Part shown: in pieces, positions 1 through 10,618 of the stretch | Layout of the letters: every line of letters starts with the position of its first letter | Position numbering within the stretch: the stretch's first letter is position 1 | Assembly (NCBI GenBank): GCA_042408215.1 | Contig: JAYFMW010000003.1 | Coordinates: forward strand, 475,264-539,263 | Direction of reading: 5' to 3' | Source: Microcoleus sp. | GTDB lineage: Bacteria > Cyanobacteriota > Cyanobacteriia > Cyanobacteriales > Microcoleaceae | Length of the DNA: 64,000 nt | Translations under genes and position numbers: made by a program | The notes under the pieces: generated by a model | The model's database searches: none | The model's input: the letters and a program-made list of their open reading frames with translations, nothing else | Told to the model about the DNA's origin: nothing

Positions 1-80
1 CCAACACGGCTAGCGCGGACAATACAATGAGATCTAAAATCAGAGCTGGATGAAGTATCAACTTTGCGATACTCCCGCTG

Positions 81-578
81 TTGATCGAGGTGATCCATTT
101 AAACTTACACACAATATTGTCACAAGGTGGTAACTTGAGCGCGATCGAATATCAAATGCACGTAGAACAAGCAGTAGACACACTCAAAGCGGATCTCCCG
201 ACGCTTTTTGAGCAAGACATCAGCTACGACATCTACACAAAAGATGTCTATTTTCAAGACCCTGTTAACAAATTTAAAGGAAAAATCAACTACCGGATTA
301 TCTTTTGGACTCTGCGATTTCACGGTCAACTATTTTTCACCGAGATTTTCTTCGACCTCCACGACGTAACTCAGACAGCCCCTGATACTATTCTGGCAAA
401 TTGGACTGTTCGCGGGGTATTGCGCGTTCCCTGGAAAGCTCGGATATTCTTCAACGGCTATTCTACTTACAAGCTGGATGAAGACGGCTTAATTTACCAA
501 CATATCGACACCTGGGACAGAGAACCAGGAGAGATTTTAAACCAGTTTTTCCGCAAGGGAGAAGCAATCAATAAGTAG
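81..578 (+). CDS. DUF2358 / SnoaL-like (NTF2-fold) protein
   Basis: Motifs YDIYTKDVYFQDPVNKFKG and GYSTYKLDEDGLIYQHIDTWD are typical of DUF2358; true start may be downstream (e.g. ATG at 156). Confidence 0.8.
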   Translation: MIEVIHLNLHTILSQGGNLSAIEYQMHVEQAVDTLKADLPTLFEQDISYDIYTKDVYFQDPVNKFKGKINYRIIFWTLRFHGQLFFTEIFFDLHDVTQTAPDTILANWTVRGVLRVPWKARIFFNGYSTYKLDEDGLIYQHIDTWDREPGEILNQFFRKGEAINK

Positions 579-630
579 AAGGAAGAAGGAAGAAGGAAGA
601 AGGAAGAAGGAAGAAGGAAGAAGGAAGAAG
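578..630. repeat. Heptamer tandem repeat (GAAGGAA)n, STRR-type
   Basis: About 7 direct copies visible immediately after the stop codon. Confidence 0.9.
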
Positions 631-752
631 ACTTATGCAGAAAGCTTTTTAGTCATCCGTATTTTACGTTAAATTACGTGGATTTGCTGAACTAAAAATT
701 AACCTATATTTATTGGTAAAGTTCATTATTAAACGTAAAATGTTTTTCTGTT

Positions 753-785
753 AGCTCCCAGACTTCTTAAAGAAGTCTGGGAGCT
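753..785. terminator. Perfect 16-bp inverted repeat between convergent genes (possible bidirectional terminator or palindromic repeat)
   Basis: AGCTCCCAGACTTCTT-A-AAGAAGTCTGGGAGCT, with T-rich tracts nearby. Confidence 0.5.
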
Positions 786-816
786 GGGTATTCTTTTTTT
801 TTAACCCGTCGATCGC

Positions 817-2301
817 TTAATTAGCCGAACCTAAAATCAAGCCCGATCGCGCCGGCAGCATCAATTCTAAATGCCGAGTTTCCCCTTCACCTTTCCAAAC
901 AAACTCACCTTGACCAAACAGCAATTTATCGTGAGGAGATTTCACACTTCGGCCGCGCTCAGTGACCGGCGCCTCAAAGCTAATATTTGCAGATTCCGTC
1001 GCAACATTGACAGCAATAACTATTTCCTCATCCCCCAAAATTCTAGCAAAAACATAAACCGTTCCCTCAGCCAACAAAATTTGGTACGATCCAGTGCGGA
1101 GAGCGCAGTATTTGTGCCGCAAAGCGATCAACTGCTTGTGGTAATCTAAAACATCAAGTTCCCAATCAGATTCTAAGGGAAAACCGCGACGGGAATCTGG
1201 ATCGAGAGCACCGGGTAAACCAACTTCATCACCGTAGTAAATGCTGGGAGCTCCGGGAAAAGTTAACAGCAGCAAAGTAGCGAGTTCAACGCTCTTTTTG
1301 TCACCTCCAGCAATTGTGATTAACCTCGCGGTATCGTGACTCGCTAACAAATTTAGTTGAGTTAGCTGTATTTCCCAAGGATACAATTCTAAAACATCCT
1401 GAATTTTGTCGCCGTACTCCTTAGCAAAAAGCGGCGGATAGGGACGGTAAGAACGACCTTCAATTTGAGCTAAATCCACTCGATCGCCCGCAGCAAAAGC
1501 AATAGTCGGCCCAGCAAAAAGATAATTCATCACCCCGTCAAATTGAGTACCGTCGAGCCATTCCCTCCCATCCTCCCAGACTTCGCCCACAATGTAAGCT
1601 TCGGGATTAATTGCTTTAACTCGTTCTCGAAATTCCTGCCAAAATCCTGGTGTTTTAATTTCAAAAGGAACATCTAGCCGCCAGCCGTCGATACCGAATT
1701 TAATCCAGTATTCGGCTATTTCCATGATATATTCTCGCACTTCTGGATTGTCGTGATTGAATTCAGGAAGTGCTCGATTTCCGTCCCAACCGACATAATT
1801 AGCTGGCAAATTGCCATCGTAAGCAGATAGCGGCCAGCCTTCTATTTTAAACCAATCCAACCAGGGAGAATGGGGGCCGTTTTCGAGGATGTCGTGGAAG
1901 AAGAAAAAGCCCCGGCTGGCGTGGTTAAATACGCCGTCGAGGACGATTTTGATGTTGCGAGCGTGGGCGGCATCTAGAAGCTCTTTAAAAGCCGGATTGC
2001 CGCCCAACATCGGATCGACTTGATAGTAGTCGTGGGTGTGGTAGCGGTGATTGCTGGCGGATTGAAAAATCGGGGTAAAGTAAATGGCGTTAATGCCTAA
2101 ATCTTGCAAGTAGTCTAGCTGTTCCATCACGCCCCACAAGTCGCCGCCTTTGTAGCCTTGCAGGGTGGGGATTTCGTGCCATTCTTCCCACATGAAGTTT
2201 TGCAGCAGGCGTTTGCGGGGCTGTTTGCTTTTGGCGAAGCGATCGGGGAATATTTGGTAGAATACCGCGTGTTTAACCCAGTCCGGTGTTTGAATTTGCA
2301 T
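817..2301 (-). CDS. Glycoside hydrolase family 13 (neopullulanase/cyclomaltodextrinase-like)
   Basis: PDWVKHAVFYQIFPDRF, VLDGVFNH, IDGWRLDV, IVGEVW, LLASHD and IYYGDEVG GH13 motifs. Confidence 0.93.
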   Translation of the reverse strand: MQIQTPDWVKHAVFYQIFPDRFAKSKQPRKRLLQNFMWEEWHEIPTLQGYKGGDLWGVMEQLDYLQDLGINAIYFTPIFQSASNHRYHTHDYYQVDPMLGGNPAFKELLDAAHARNIKIVLDGVFNHASRGFFFFHDILENGPHSPWLDWFKIEGWPLSAYDGNLPANYVGWDGNRALPEFNHDNPEVREYIMEIAEYWIKFGIDGWRLDVPFEIKTPGFWQEFRERVKAINPEAYIVGEVWEDGREWLDGTQFDGVMNYLFAGPTIAFAAGDRVDLAQIEGRSYRPYPPLFAKEYGDKIQDVLELYPWEIQLTQLNLLASHDTARLITIAGGDKKSVELATLLLLTFPGAPSIYYGDEVGLPGALDPDSRRGFPLESDWELDVLDYHKQLIALRHKYCALRTGSYQILLAEGTVYVFARILGDEEIVIAVNVATESANISFEAPVTERGRSVKSPHDKLLFGQGEFVWKGEGETRHLELMLPARSGLILGSAN

Positions 2302-2760
2302 AGAATCCTCGTAGCTTGCTATGGCTTAGGCTACTGTAGCTCATGTTGCTCCTGGATCTAGCTTGTGGTAGAAAGCCATTGGGTATTTCAACTCCACTTC
2401 GACTTCGCTCTGTTACCGTCTTTTTGGCTTCACTCTGTTACCGCGTTTTTTTAAATCGCCATAATTTATTGATGAGTATTTCAACTCCACTTTGACTACC
2501 CTTCGGCTACGCTCAGGGGGGTCTGCTGTCGTGACCGTCTTTTGCTCTGTTACCGTCTTTTTTTTAGTTTTTTTTAGGTGCCATAATTTATGGCTGGGTA
2601 TTTTAACTCACACTTCGGCTTCGCGAGCGTGACCGGTTCGGTTTCGCTCTGTTACCAAACTTCCTCCTGTTACCAAACTTCCTCCTTTCCCCCCTTGTCA
2701 AGAAGTCCTCACCATCAGACACTGGACTTGGAGAGTTCATCGGCCCCTGGAGGAAGTACC

Positions 2761-4050
2761 TTGAAAAGAGTCTTAGCCATCATTCTCGGTGGCGGTGTAG
2801 GCACCCGCCTCTACCCCCTAACCAAACTGCGAGCCAAACCCGCAGTTCCCCTCGCTGGTAAATATCGCCTCATCGATATTCCCGTCAGCAACTGTATCAA
2901 CTCAGAAATACTCAAAATTTACGTCCTCACCCAGTTCAACTCGGCATCCCTGAACCGCCACATTGCTCGTACCTACCAATTTTCCGGCTTCACAGAAGGA
3001 TTTGCTGAGGTACTGGCGGCCCAGCAAACTCAGGAAAACCCTGACTGGTTTCAAGGGACAGCCGATGCAGTTCGTCAGTATCTCTGGATGCTAGAAGACT
3101 GGGACGTCGATGAATACTTGATTCTTTCAGGCGATCATCTCTACCGCATGGACTACCGGAAGTTTGTAGAGAGACACCGCGAAACTAACGCCGACATCAC
3201 CCTCTCTGTTTTACCAATGGACGAGAAGCGGGCCTCGGATTTTGGTTTGATGAAAATTGACGATAATGGTCGCATTGTTTCTTTTAGCGAAAAGCCAAAA
3301 GGCGATGCGCTCAAACAAATGCAGGTCGATACTACTAAATTGGGATTGACACCGGAACAAGCCAAGGAAAGTCCTTACATTGCTTCGATGGGGATTTATG
3401 TCTTCAAAAAAGAGGTTCTGATTAAACTGCTTAAAGAATCCCCTAACCAAACTGATTTTGGCAAAGAGATTATTCCGGCATCTTCAAAAGACCACAACGT
3501 TCAAGCTTATTTATTTGACGATTATTGGGAAGATATCGGAACGATTGAGGCTTTTTACGATGCTAATTTGGCGCTGACAAAACAGCCTCAGCCGCCTTTT
3601 AGTTTCTACGATGAAAATGCTCCAATTTACACTCGCCCACGTTTCTTGCCACCGACTAAGCTGTTAGATGCTAGCGTGACGGAATCGATTATTGCTGAAG
3701 GTTGTATTCTTAAACAGTGCCGGATCGACCATTCTGTGTTGGGAGTTCGATCGCGCATTGAAGCCGGATGTACAATTCAAGACTCTCTGCTGATGGGTTG
3801 TGACTTTTACGAAGCCGACGCCGAACGACATTCTAGTTTAGAAAACAGTGGCGTCCCTCTCGGCATCGGTGCAGATACTACAATTCGTCGCGCGATTGTG
3901 GATAAAAATGCTCGCATCGGCCGCAATGTTCAAATAATTAATAAAGACCGAGTGGAAGAAGCCAATCGCGAAAGCGAAGGTTTTTACATCCGCAGTGGCA
4001 TTGTTGTAGTGCTGAAAAACGCCACGATTCCCGATGGAACTATCATTTAG
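2761..4050 (+). CDS. glgC: Glucose-1-phosphate adenylyltransferase (ADP-glucose pyrophosphorylase)
   Basis: [50 protein letters not shown]; likely TTG start at 2761 with a GGAGGA element upstream (ORF is open from 2590). Confidence 0.97.
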   Translation: MKRVLAIILGGGVGTRLYPLTKLRAKPAVPLAGKYRLIDIPVSNCINSEILKIYVLTQFNSASLNRHIARTYQFSGFTEGFAEVLAAQQTQENPDWFQGTADAVRQYLWMLEDWDVDEYLILSGDHLYRMDYRKFVERHRETNADITLSVLPMDEKRASDFGLMKIDDNGRIVSFSEKPKGDALKQMQVDTTKLGLTPEQAKESPYIASMGIYVFKKEVLIKLLKESPNQTDFGKEIIPASSKDHNVQAYLFDDYWEDIGTIEAFYDANLALTKQPQPPFSFYDENAPIYTRPRFLPPTKLLDASVTESIIAEGCILKQCRIDHSVLGVRSRIEAGCTIQDSLLMGCDFYEADAERHSSLENSGVPLGIGADTTIRRAIVDKNARIGRNVQIINKDRVEEANRESEGFYIRSGIVVVLKNATIPDGTII

Positions 4051-4136
4051 TTATTAGTCATTAGTCATTAGTCATTAGTCATTAGTCATTAGTCATTAGT
4101 CATTAGTCATTAGTCATTAGTCATTAGTCATTAGTC
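4050..4136. repeat. Heptamer tandem repeat (TTAGTCA)n, STRR-type
   Basis: About 12 direct copies following the glgC stop; the same family recurs at ~10520, ~19710-19850 and ~21080-21280. Confidence 0.92.
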
Positions 4137-4345
4137 AGAATCAAAAATTCGGCGTGCATAAGTGCCTTTATTGAATCTTGCCTTCTGCATAAGTGCCTTC
4201 TCCCGAAAGCAAGCTTTCTGCGTTAGGTAGTCCTTAGTTCTTGAATTTTAAATCTGTTGGCTGCTGACCGGTGACTGATGATAAATGATTTTTAGTTAAT
4301 GAATAATCAGCAATGAAAAATCACCAATGACCAATGACCAATGAC

Positions 4346-4549
4346 TTAGTAAGGGGCGGTCTGTGTTACAGTCGGCTGTGATACGGACAGCTTCGAGCTC
4401 TTGCGTCTGGCGAATAGCTTCTGAGTCTTGTATTTGCGATCGTAGCACTGCTGACAAATGCGCTGCCCGCTTCTAAGCACAACACAACTCTCGGAATTGT
4501 GTTTCCAATCGTCGCAGCAGCCGCAAGGCCAACTTAGCAAATAATTCAT
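4346..4549 (-). CDS. Small hypothetical protein with two CxxC-type motifs (possible zinc ribbon)
   Basis: MNYLLSWPCGCC...RICQQCYDRKY; 67 aa; no recognised family. Confidence 0.35.
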   Translation of the reverse strand: MNYLLSWPCGCCDDWKHNSESCVVLRSGQRICQQCYDRKYKTQKLFARRKSSKLSVSQPTVTQTAPY

Positions 4550-5387
4550 GATAGTAGCACCACAGTAGCGTTGCAAAGTTCTTAAGATACTATCTATCCT
4601 ATCTTAATTACACTGAGGGTGTGTGTGTTCTAGTTAACAGACAACTGAAAGATTATGTTATATGATGTTGACCGCTATCTCGACCGAGGCTGAAAAAAAG
4701 TGAAAGCGCAGCCGCTTTCCTCACCTTTTTTTGGCTTTGACTCGTGCTAATACTTGGCAGAAATGCTCAAGGGAATCCTGATGAAATAGCCCGGAAAATC
4801 AAGCAGATTACATGGCTGGTCTCTACTGATATTAAAGCCCAGCAAATTGACCGATGTGTAGCAATTTTAATTGTTAACCAACGAAGGGATTTATCCGTGA
4901 GAGGAATTCTCAAATCTCAAATCTCAAATCTCAAATCTCAAATCGCCTGACTCACAGAGGGGAAGCAAGGGCAGCCACTTACCCTCTGGGCTCCTCAACC
5001 CTTCGGGAACAGAAATGCCGACGGACTATAACTCCTCCCGGTCACTGACCGCGATCGGCGCAGGCTCGCCCAACGACTGCGTTTATCCGCTCGCGTAGTC
5101 GAAGGGCGAGCGGGTAAACGCAGTCGTTGTGTCGAAGTGTCGGAGCAAGGGTTTTATTCTCAAAAATTGACAAGCTCTTTCTTGTAGGTGCGGAAATTGC
5201 GATCGAAAGCCCAGCAACAACCGAACTCGATCGAGTCCAAACCTTTGATAACCTATAATTTGGATCAGATGCCACAGGCACTTTCGCCCCGGCATCAAAC
5301 TTATTCGCGATCCTATTAATTTGGGATTTTATGCTTTCTAACAACTAACAACTAACAACTAACAACTAATAAAGAGGAGATAGATTA

Positions 5388-6401
5388 ATGGCTGCAACTG
5401 ATTTTAAAGACTATTACGCAATTCTGGGACTCACCAAAACCGCCAACACTGATGAGATTAAAAAAACTTTTCGCAAACTAGCCCGAAAATATCACCCGGA
5501 TATGAACCCTGGTAACAAAGAAGCCGAAGCTCGTTTTAAAGAAGTTAACGAAGCCTACGAAGTTTTGGCAGACCCAGAAAAACGCCAAAAATACGACCAA
5601 TACGGTCAATACTGGAAGCAAGCTGCCGCGACTCCAGGCGGATGGCCAGGCGGGGGCGGTACTGCTGTAGACTTTGGTGGCGTTGACTTCAGCCAGTACG
5701 GCAGTTTTGATGAATTTATCAATGCGTTGCTTGGCCGGGCGGGCGGTGCTGGTGCCGGTGCTGGCCGCAGCGGGAAATGGAATTACAGCAACTACCGCAG
5801 TACCTCCGGCGGGCCGACTGGTTTTGGCGGATTTGAAGATTTTGCGGGCTACGAAAACCGCGCCACCAGCACTTCTCTCGACACCGAGGTTGCTATTTCC
5901 CTGACTCTGGGGGAAGCATTTCGTGGGACTTCCAAGGGAGTCGCCACTGGCGAAGTTTCGATTCCCGCGGGAGTGAAAACCGGCAGCAAAATTCGGGTAA
6001 AAGGCAAAGGTCAAGTTGACCCGTACACGAAGCAGCATGGAGATTTGTACCTAAAATTAGAAGTTTTGCCTCACCCTTTCTTCCAGTTTGAGGGAGAGAA
6101 TTTGGTCTGCGAAGTGCCGATAACTCCAGATGAAGCGGTGCTGGGAGCATTGATTGAAGTGCCGGCTCCAGAAGGTATGATTACTGTAAAGTTTCCAGCG
6201 GGGATTCGTTCTGGTCAGTCTTTGCGATTGCGGGGCAAAGGATGGCCGAAACCGAAGAAAGATGAACGCACTGATTTGTTAGTCAAAATTGCGATCGTGC
6301 CGCCGAAAGAACTCACCACTGTCGATCGCGAGTGCTACGAAAAAATCAAGACAAATCGTACTTTTAATCCTCGCAGTAATCTCAACCAAATGCTGCTTTA
6401 A
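5388..6401 (+). CDS. Class B DnaJ / CbpA-like co-chaperone (J domain + C-terminal domain, no zinc finger)
   Basis: KDYYAILG...RKYHPD J domain, G/F-rich linker, DnaJ_C; RBS AGGAG upstream. Confidence 0.93.
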   Translation: MAATDFKDYYAILGLTKTANTDEIKKTFRKLARKYHPDMNPGNKEAEARFKEVNEAYEVLADPEKRQKYDQYGQYWKQAAATPGGWPGGGGTAVDFGGVDFSQYGSFDEFINALLGRAGGAGAGAGRSGKWNYSNYRSTSGGPTGFGGFEDFAGYENRATSTSLDTEVAISLTLGEAFRGTSKGVATGEVSIPAGVKTGSKIRVKGKGQVDPYTKQHGDLYLKLEVLPHPFFQFEGENLVCEVPITPDEAVLGALIEVPAPEGMITVKFPAGIRSGQSLRLRGKGWPKPKKDERTDLLVKIAIVPPKELTTVDRECYEKIKTNRTFNPRSNLNQMLL

Positions 6402-6563
6402 ACGAGCTAACATTGGTCACACCCAAATCCTCGCATTTCTGAAAAATTCAAGAGGGACACAACAAGGCTGTGTCCCTAGTTCGTGCAGCGCTGTCATTTG
6501 CCAAAAACCCTGTTAACAAGTCAAGTTTGATTCGCCCCTAATTTGCAGTTTCAAACCAGACGC

Positions 6564-6851
6564 TCAAGATTCTTCGCTAGCTCTTATCTCAGTAAGTTGG
6601 CTATCGTGTATGATCTCGGTTTTAAATTCGTTAGCTCCGTCGTTCTCTAGCTTTTTGATGTAGTCGGTCGATTTTTTAACAGTTTCCTCTCTACTGTTAT
6701 AGGGGCCATAGAGGTGGGTACTCTTGGGCGAATCTGTACGAACTTCTAACCACCACTCGCCCTGTCGATTTCTGCTACTGCTAGCAGGTTTAGCTAGCAC
6801 CCACAAGGCAAGCAAAAACAGACCAAACATAACAACTGGAAATTCAAGCAT
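6564..6851 (-). CDS. DUF1816-like small protein with N-terminal hydrophobic segment
   Basis: WWLEVRTDSPKSTHLYGPY motif, paralogous to the neighbouring ORF. Confidence 0.65.
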   Translation of the reverse strand: MLEFPVVMFGLFLLALWVLAKPASSSRNRQGEWWLEVRTDSPKSTHLYGPYNSREETVKKSTDYIKKLENDGANEFKTEIIHDSQLTEIRASEES

Positions 6852-6971
6852 ATTTACCTCTGGGAAAATTTAAGTAGTTCCTACCATTCTCAATTTACCA
6901 GGGCCACGGGAGCGATCGAATCGTCCTAAATGCTGATTTGAACCCGATATTTTTTGACAGTTGCTACACTC

Positions 6972-7265
6972 TTAAGCAGCAACACCATCTAACTGTTCGC
7001 TATCGCAAAGGGTGAGTTCCGAAGGCTGACACTGTTGGATGCGGATGCTAAGCCTCTGGGCTCCTTCGCTTTCCAAGTCTTCGATGTAGCCCGGAGTATT
7101 AGTTGAGGCTTCTTTGTCGCTGTCAAAAGGGCCAAAATAGTAGGTACAGCGGGGCAAATCTGTGACAATTTCTACCCACCATTGCTCTTGTCTCCTGCGG
7201 CGGCGAGGCGCTGCAAGCAGGCACAAGGCTATGAAGTAGATACAGAATAGATAAAATCCGAGCAT
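6972..7265 (-). CDS. DUF1816 family protein with N-terminal hydrophobic segment
   Basis: WWVEIVTDLPRCTYYFGPF...PGYIEDLESEGA...CQPSELT signature; likely start ATG 7265. Confidence 0.8.
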   Translation of the reverse strand: MLGFYLFCIYFIALCLLAAPRRRRRQEQWWVEIVTDLPRCTYYFGPFDSDKEASTNTPGYIEDLESEGAQRLSIRIQQCQPSELTLCDSEQLDGVAA

Positions 7266-7401
7266 ATTTTTTCTGTCGTAGGGCCATCGGTATTGTAAAA
7301 CTTCATTAAGATTGTAAGCATCAATAGACGATTGTAGTATCATATAGTCAGGAGGGTCTAATGAGATAATTATTGCGCTTGTTAAAAAATGGAGAGTCTG
7401 A

Positions 7402-8616
7402 ATGCAACTAGCAGAAAGACATATCATTAAATCCACCGAGAATCGTTTTGTTGAAATTGACGGATTAGCCTTTAAATCCAAAAATTTGTACAATGCTGCT
7501 AACTACGTGATTCGCCAAAACTTCCTATACGGATGGGGATATCTGAATTACAACAAAATGGCTCAGTTGATGAAATCTCATCAAGCATATAAGGCATTAC
7601 CAGCCAAGGTAAGTCAACAAATATTGATGATATTGGACAAGAATTGGCAAGCTTTTTTTGAAGCCGTTAAAGCTTACAATATTGAGCAAACAAAATTTAC
7701 TGGTAGCCCAAAGTTACCCAAGTACAAAGATAAAGTCAAAGGTCGGAATATTCTCGTCTATACGATTCAGGCGATTAGTAGCAAGCAATTGAAGAAAGGA
7801 ATTATCAAGCTGTCCGGGACTAATATTTTAATTAAAACCAAAATAAAACCAGAGCAAATTTGTCAAGTTAGGTTAGTTCCTAAGTGTGATTCTTATGTAA
7901 TTGAGGTAATTTATAATGAGCCGGAGTCCACCATTGATGAAAATCAGAAAGAATTAGTAGCTAGTATTGATTTAGGATTGAATAATTTAGTGGCGCTAAC
8001 TTCAAATCAGCCGGGATTTGTCCCTTTACTGATTAACGGGCGACCATTAAAATCAATTAATCAATTTTACAACAAGCGTAAAGCGCAGCTACAATCTCGA
8101 TTAAAAGAGAGTCGCAAAACCTGTAGAATTCAGCGCTTGACTCGTTGTAGAAACCAAAAAATCGATAATTACTTACACCAGGCCAGTCGTTCTATTATCA
8201 ATCTTTTAAGATCGGGAAAGATTGGGACTCTGGTAATAGGGAAAAATGTGCAATGGAAAAACCAGATTAATTTGGGGAAACAAACTAATCAGAACTTCGT
8301 AACAGTTCCTCATGCTCGATTGATTGAGATGTTGGAATATAAGGCTGTATTGGTTGGAATCAAAGTGATTGTACAGGAAGAATCATATACTTCTCAATCT
8401 AGTTTCCTAAATTTAGATCCAATTCCTGTCTACGGGAATAGTGATGCCCAGAAACAGGGATTTAGTGGCAAACGAATTAAGAGAGGATTGTACAAAACAT
8501 CCTGCGGTCAATTAATTAATGCCGATGTTAATGGGTCTTACAATATTATGCGAAAAGCAATCCCAAATGCCTTGTGCAATGGGATAGGTCGTGGGCGTAG
8601 TTCAGCCCGTGGTTAA
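7402..8616 (+). CDS. tnpB: RNA-guided endonuclease TnpB (IS200/IS605/IS607-associated), no adjacent tnpA
   Basis: MQLAERHII...SKNLYNAANY N-terminus; RuvC motifs SIDLGLNN (D), VQEESYTS (E) and INADVNGSYNI (D) are intact. Confidence 0.92.
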   Translation: MQLAERHIIKSTENRFVEIDGLAFKSKNLYNAANYVIRQNFLYGWGYLNYNKMAQLMKSHQAYKALPAKVSQQILMILDKNWQAFFEAVKAYNIEQTKFTGSPKLPKYKDKVKGRNILVYTIQAISSKQLKKGIIKLSGTNILIKTKIKPEQICQVRLVPKCDSYVIEVIYNEPESTIDENQKELVASIDLGLNNLVALTSNQPGFVPLLINGRPLKSINQFYNKRKAQLQSRLKESRKTCRIQRLTRCRNQKIDNYLHQASRSIINLLRSGKIGTLVIGKNVQWKNQINLGKQTNQNFVTVPHARLIEMLEYKAVLVGIKVIVQEESYTSQSSFLNLDPIPVYGNSDAQKQGFSGKRIKRGLYKTSCGQLINADVNGSYNIMRKAIPNALCNGIGRGRSSARG

Positions 8617-8961
8617 TCCGCTCGAAGTAAAAAAGAAAGGGGAGGGACTTAATGCCTCCCATGTCATGCAATAAATGACTATACTTTTACAAGCTATGCC
8701 GTGGCTATTGATTTTTTGAAATATATCAAAGTAACTTGGTGGCTGAAATCAACCTCTGTGCAGATTTTGAGCCGATCGAGAATTCTCCTAAAATATTCGG
8801 CAAAATACGCCAGAATATGGTAGGGACACCGGCCTGCCGTGTCCGCCCAAAAACAAAACCCGCCGGTGCGGGCCTCTTTGACAACATACTGATAACACTT
8901 GCTAACTGAAAAATTCAGAGCAAAAAACCTCACCCTAGGGCCACCGGCATGCCGTGGCCGC

Positions 8962-9717
8962 TTACCGCTTGCTTTCGGGGAACTGATCTATGCCAGCCCA
9001 ACCGTAAAAAACCAGCTCGTCGTTTTGGACTCGACACCTGTCTACTCGCAGTTGAGTGCCTTCGAGAGCAAATTTGTCTAAGTCTAGCAAGTTATTTACA
9101 TGAGCAATTAAGGCTTTGCCCAAGTCGGCGGCTTGCTCGTCACCTCCATAAGTAACGCTGACAAATTGAATTTTGCGCCGCTCTTCTACTTGCAATTGAG
9201 CTGTAATATCTATGTTGACAGGTTCGCTGGCATTGCCGACTGTAATCTCTGACTGAAGCCGAATCGATTTGTCGGCGCCGAAGCTGACTTCAGTGTTTTG
9301 AAAGTGCAGAGATTGTTCTTGGTAATTCAGTCTCTGGAGTTTTTCAACTACAAAAGGTGTATTGAATGAGGTGGTTAAATCTGACTGACTTAAGACTATT
9401 CTCATGTTCGCCTGGGTAGGCTGTCGCAATTTCACTTTTCCTGCAAAAATCGCCCCAAAATCAATTGAGAGTGCTTGCAGGTAGAGTTCCATCACTTCGA
9501 TGCGGAGGCCGTTGTACATCAACATACCTTTGCCCACGAAGTCGAAACCGTCGATGCTTCCCTGTAATAGTTTGGCCACAGGTTCGACTCGGATGTTGGC
9601 TTCGGCCTTTTCCGAACGTTTGAATAAGGCCGCGATCGCAGCTCCTGCTACTTTGCTGACAAGGCGATCGCCACTTTGACCTTGAAAGGATGTACCGCTA
9701 AACAAAGCTGCTACCAT
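8962..9717 (-). CDS. DUF2993 / LmeA-like phospholipid-binding protein
   Basis: EPVAKLLQGSIDGFDFVGKG...LSQSDLTTSFNTPFV pattern typical of cyanobacterial DUF2993. Confidence 0.75.
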   Translation of the reverse strand: MVAALFSGTSFQGQSGDRLVSKVAGAAIAALFKRSEKAEANIRVEPVAKLLQGSIDGFDFVGKGMLMYNGLRIEVMELYLQALSIDFGAIFAGKVKLRQPTQANMRIVLSQSDLTTSFNTPFVVEKLQRLNYQEQSLHFQNTEVSFGADKSIRLQSEITVGNASEPVNIDITAQLQVEERRKIQFVSVTYGGDEQAADLGKALIAHVNNLLDLDKFALEGTQLRVDRCRVQNDELVFYGWAGIDQFPESKR

Positions 9718-9934
9718 TGATTCGTTTGCTGATCTACAGTCGCCATTATAACCTCTTATTAAGAAATGTTAAAATAGCTTGTGCTTATTCACATCATAAG
9801 CAGATATTATTTTCTGGGTGTGGATGGAAAACAACACTTTGACCCAAAGACACTTCCAGACTTCGACTACGCGAGCGTGCGCGGTTCCTGAGCGTAGTCG
9901 AAGGGTCGAAGGGAGTGCGCCACATTTTTGAATT

Positions 9935-10528
9935 TTAAAGGCTCAGGGGGGTGCCTGCTTTGCAAGTGCGATCGAGCAATGCGCCATCCCAAACGGTTTG
10001 TTCGATCGTAGCGCAAAGCAAATTAGCTCCCGTCAGGTTAGCGCCACGCAGTACGGCTCCATTCAGGATAGCTTCTTCCAAGTCCGCTCCCGACAAATCA
10101 GCGCCGGACAAATTGGCATTGCTCAAATCTGCGTGGTGCAAAATTGCCCTAGCCAAATTCACAGCCCGCAAATCAGCGCCCCGAAAATCGACACCGCTCA
10201 AATCCAAATTCCCGATCGACACCCCTGCTAGAAAGGCTCCCCCAAAACTGGCGTCGCACAGTTGAGCATTCGTGAAGGAAGCTCCCCGCAAGTCAGCATT
10301 GCGAAAATCTGCGCCTCGCAAGTCTGCGCCGCTCAAATCTGCGCCCCGGAGGTTGGCTCGCAGTATCGCCCGCTGCAAATTTGCACCGGCGAGATTGGCT
10401 CCTGTCAAGTTGGCTTGAGACAAATCGGCATCAGCTAGTTCGGCTCCCGATAAGTCAGCGCCAGCTAAATGATAGCCGGCTAGCATTTTAATTTTGCCTT
10501 GGCAAATGGCTTCTATGTCATTAGTCAT
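9935..10528 (-). CDS. Pentapeptide repeat protein
   Basis: Continuous A(D/N)LxG pentapeptide repeats. Confidence 0.95.
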   Translation of the reverse strand: MTNDIEAICQGKIKMLAGYHLAGADLSGAELADADLSQANLTGANLAGANLQRAILRANLRGADLSGADLRGADFRNADLRGASFTNAQLCDASFGGAFLAGVSIGNLDLSGVDFRGADLRAVNLARAILHHADLSNANLSGADLSGADLEEAILNGAVLRGANLTGANLLCATIEQTVWDGALLDRTCKAGTPLSL

Positions 10529-10618
10529 TAGTTATTGGTCATTAGTTATTGGTTATTGGTTATTAGTCATTAGTCAGCAGTCAACAATCCACAATCAACA
10601 GTCCACAGTGAAGTTATT

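Noticed and set aside
2590..2760. N-terminal extension of GlgC in the ORF track
   Set aside because: Derived from repeat-rich intergenic DNA; the conserved protein begins at TTG 2761
4744..5344. Short ORFs or a structured RNA upstream of the dnaJ-like gene
   Set aside because: The ORFs run through heptamer and palindromic repeats, and I could not match the region to any RNA family
7333..8692. TGACTATA match between the tnpB 3' flank and its upstream region (self-targeting or terminal inverted repeat)
   Set aside because: Only 8 nt in AT-rich DNA; expected by chance
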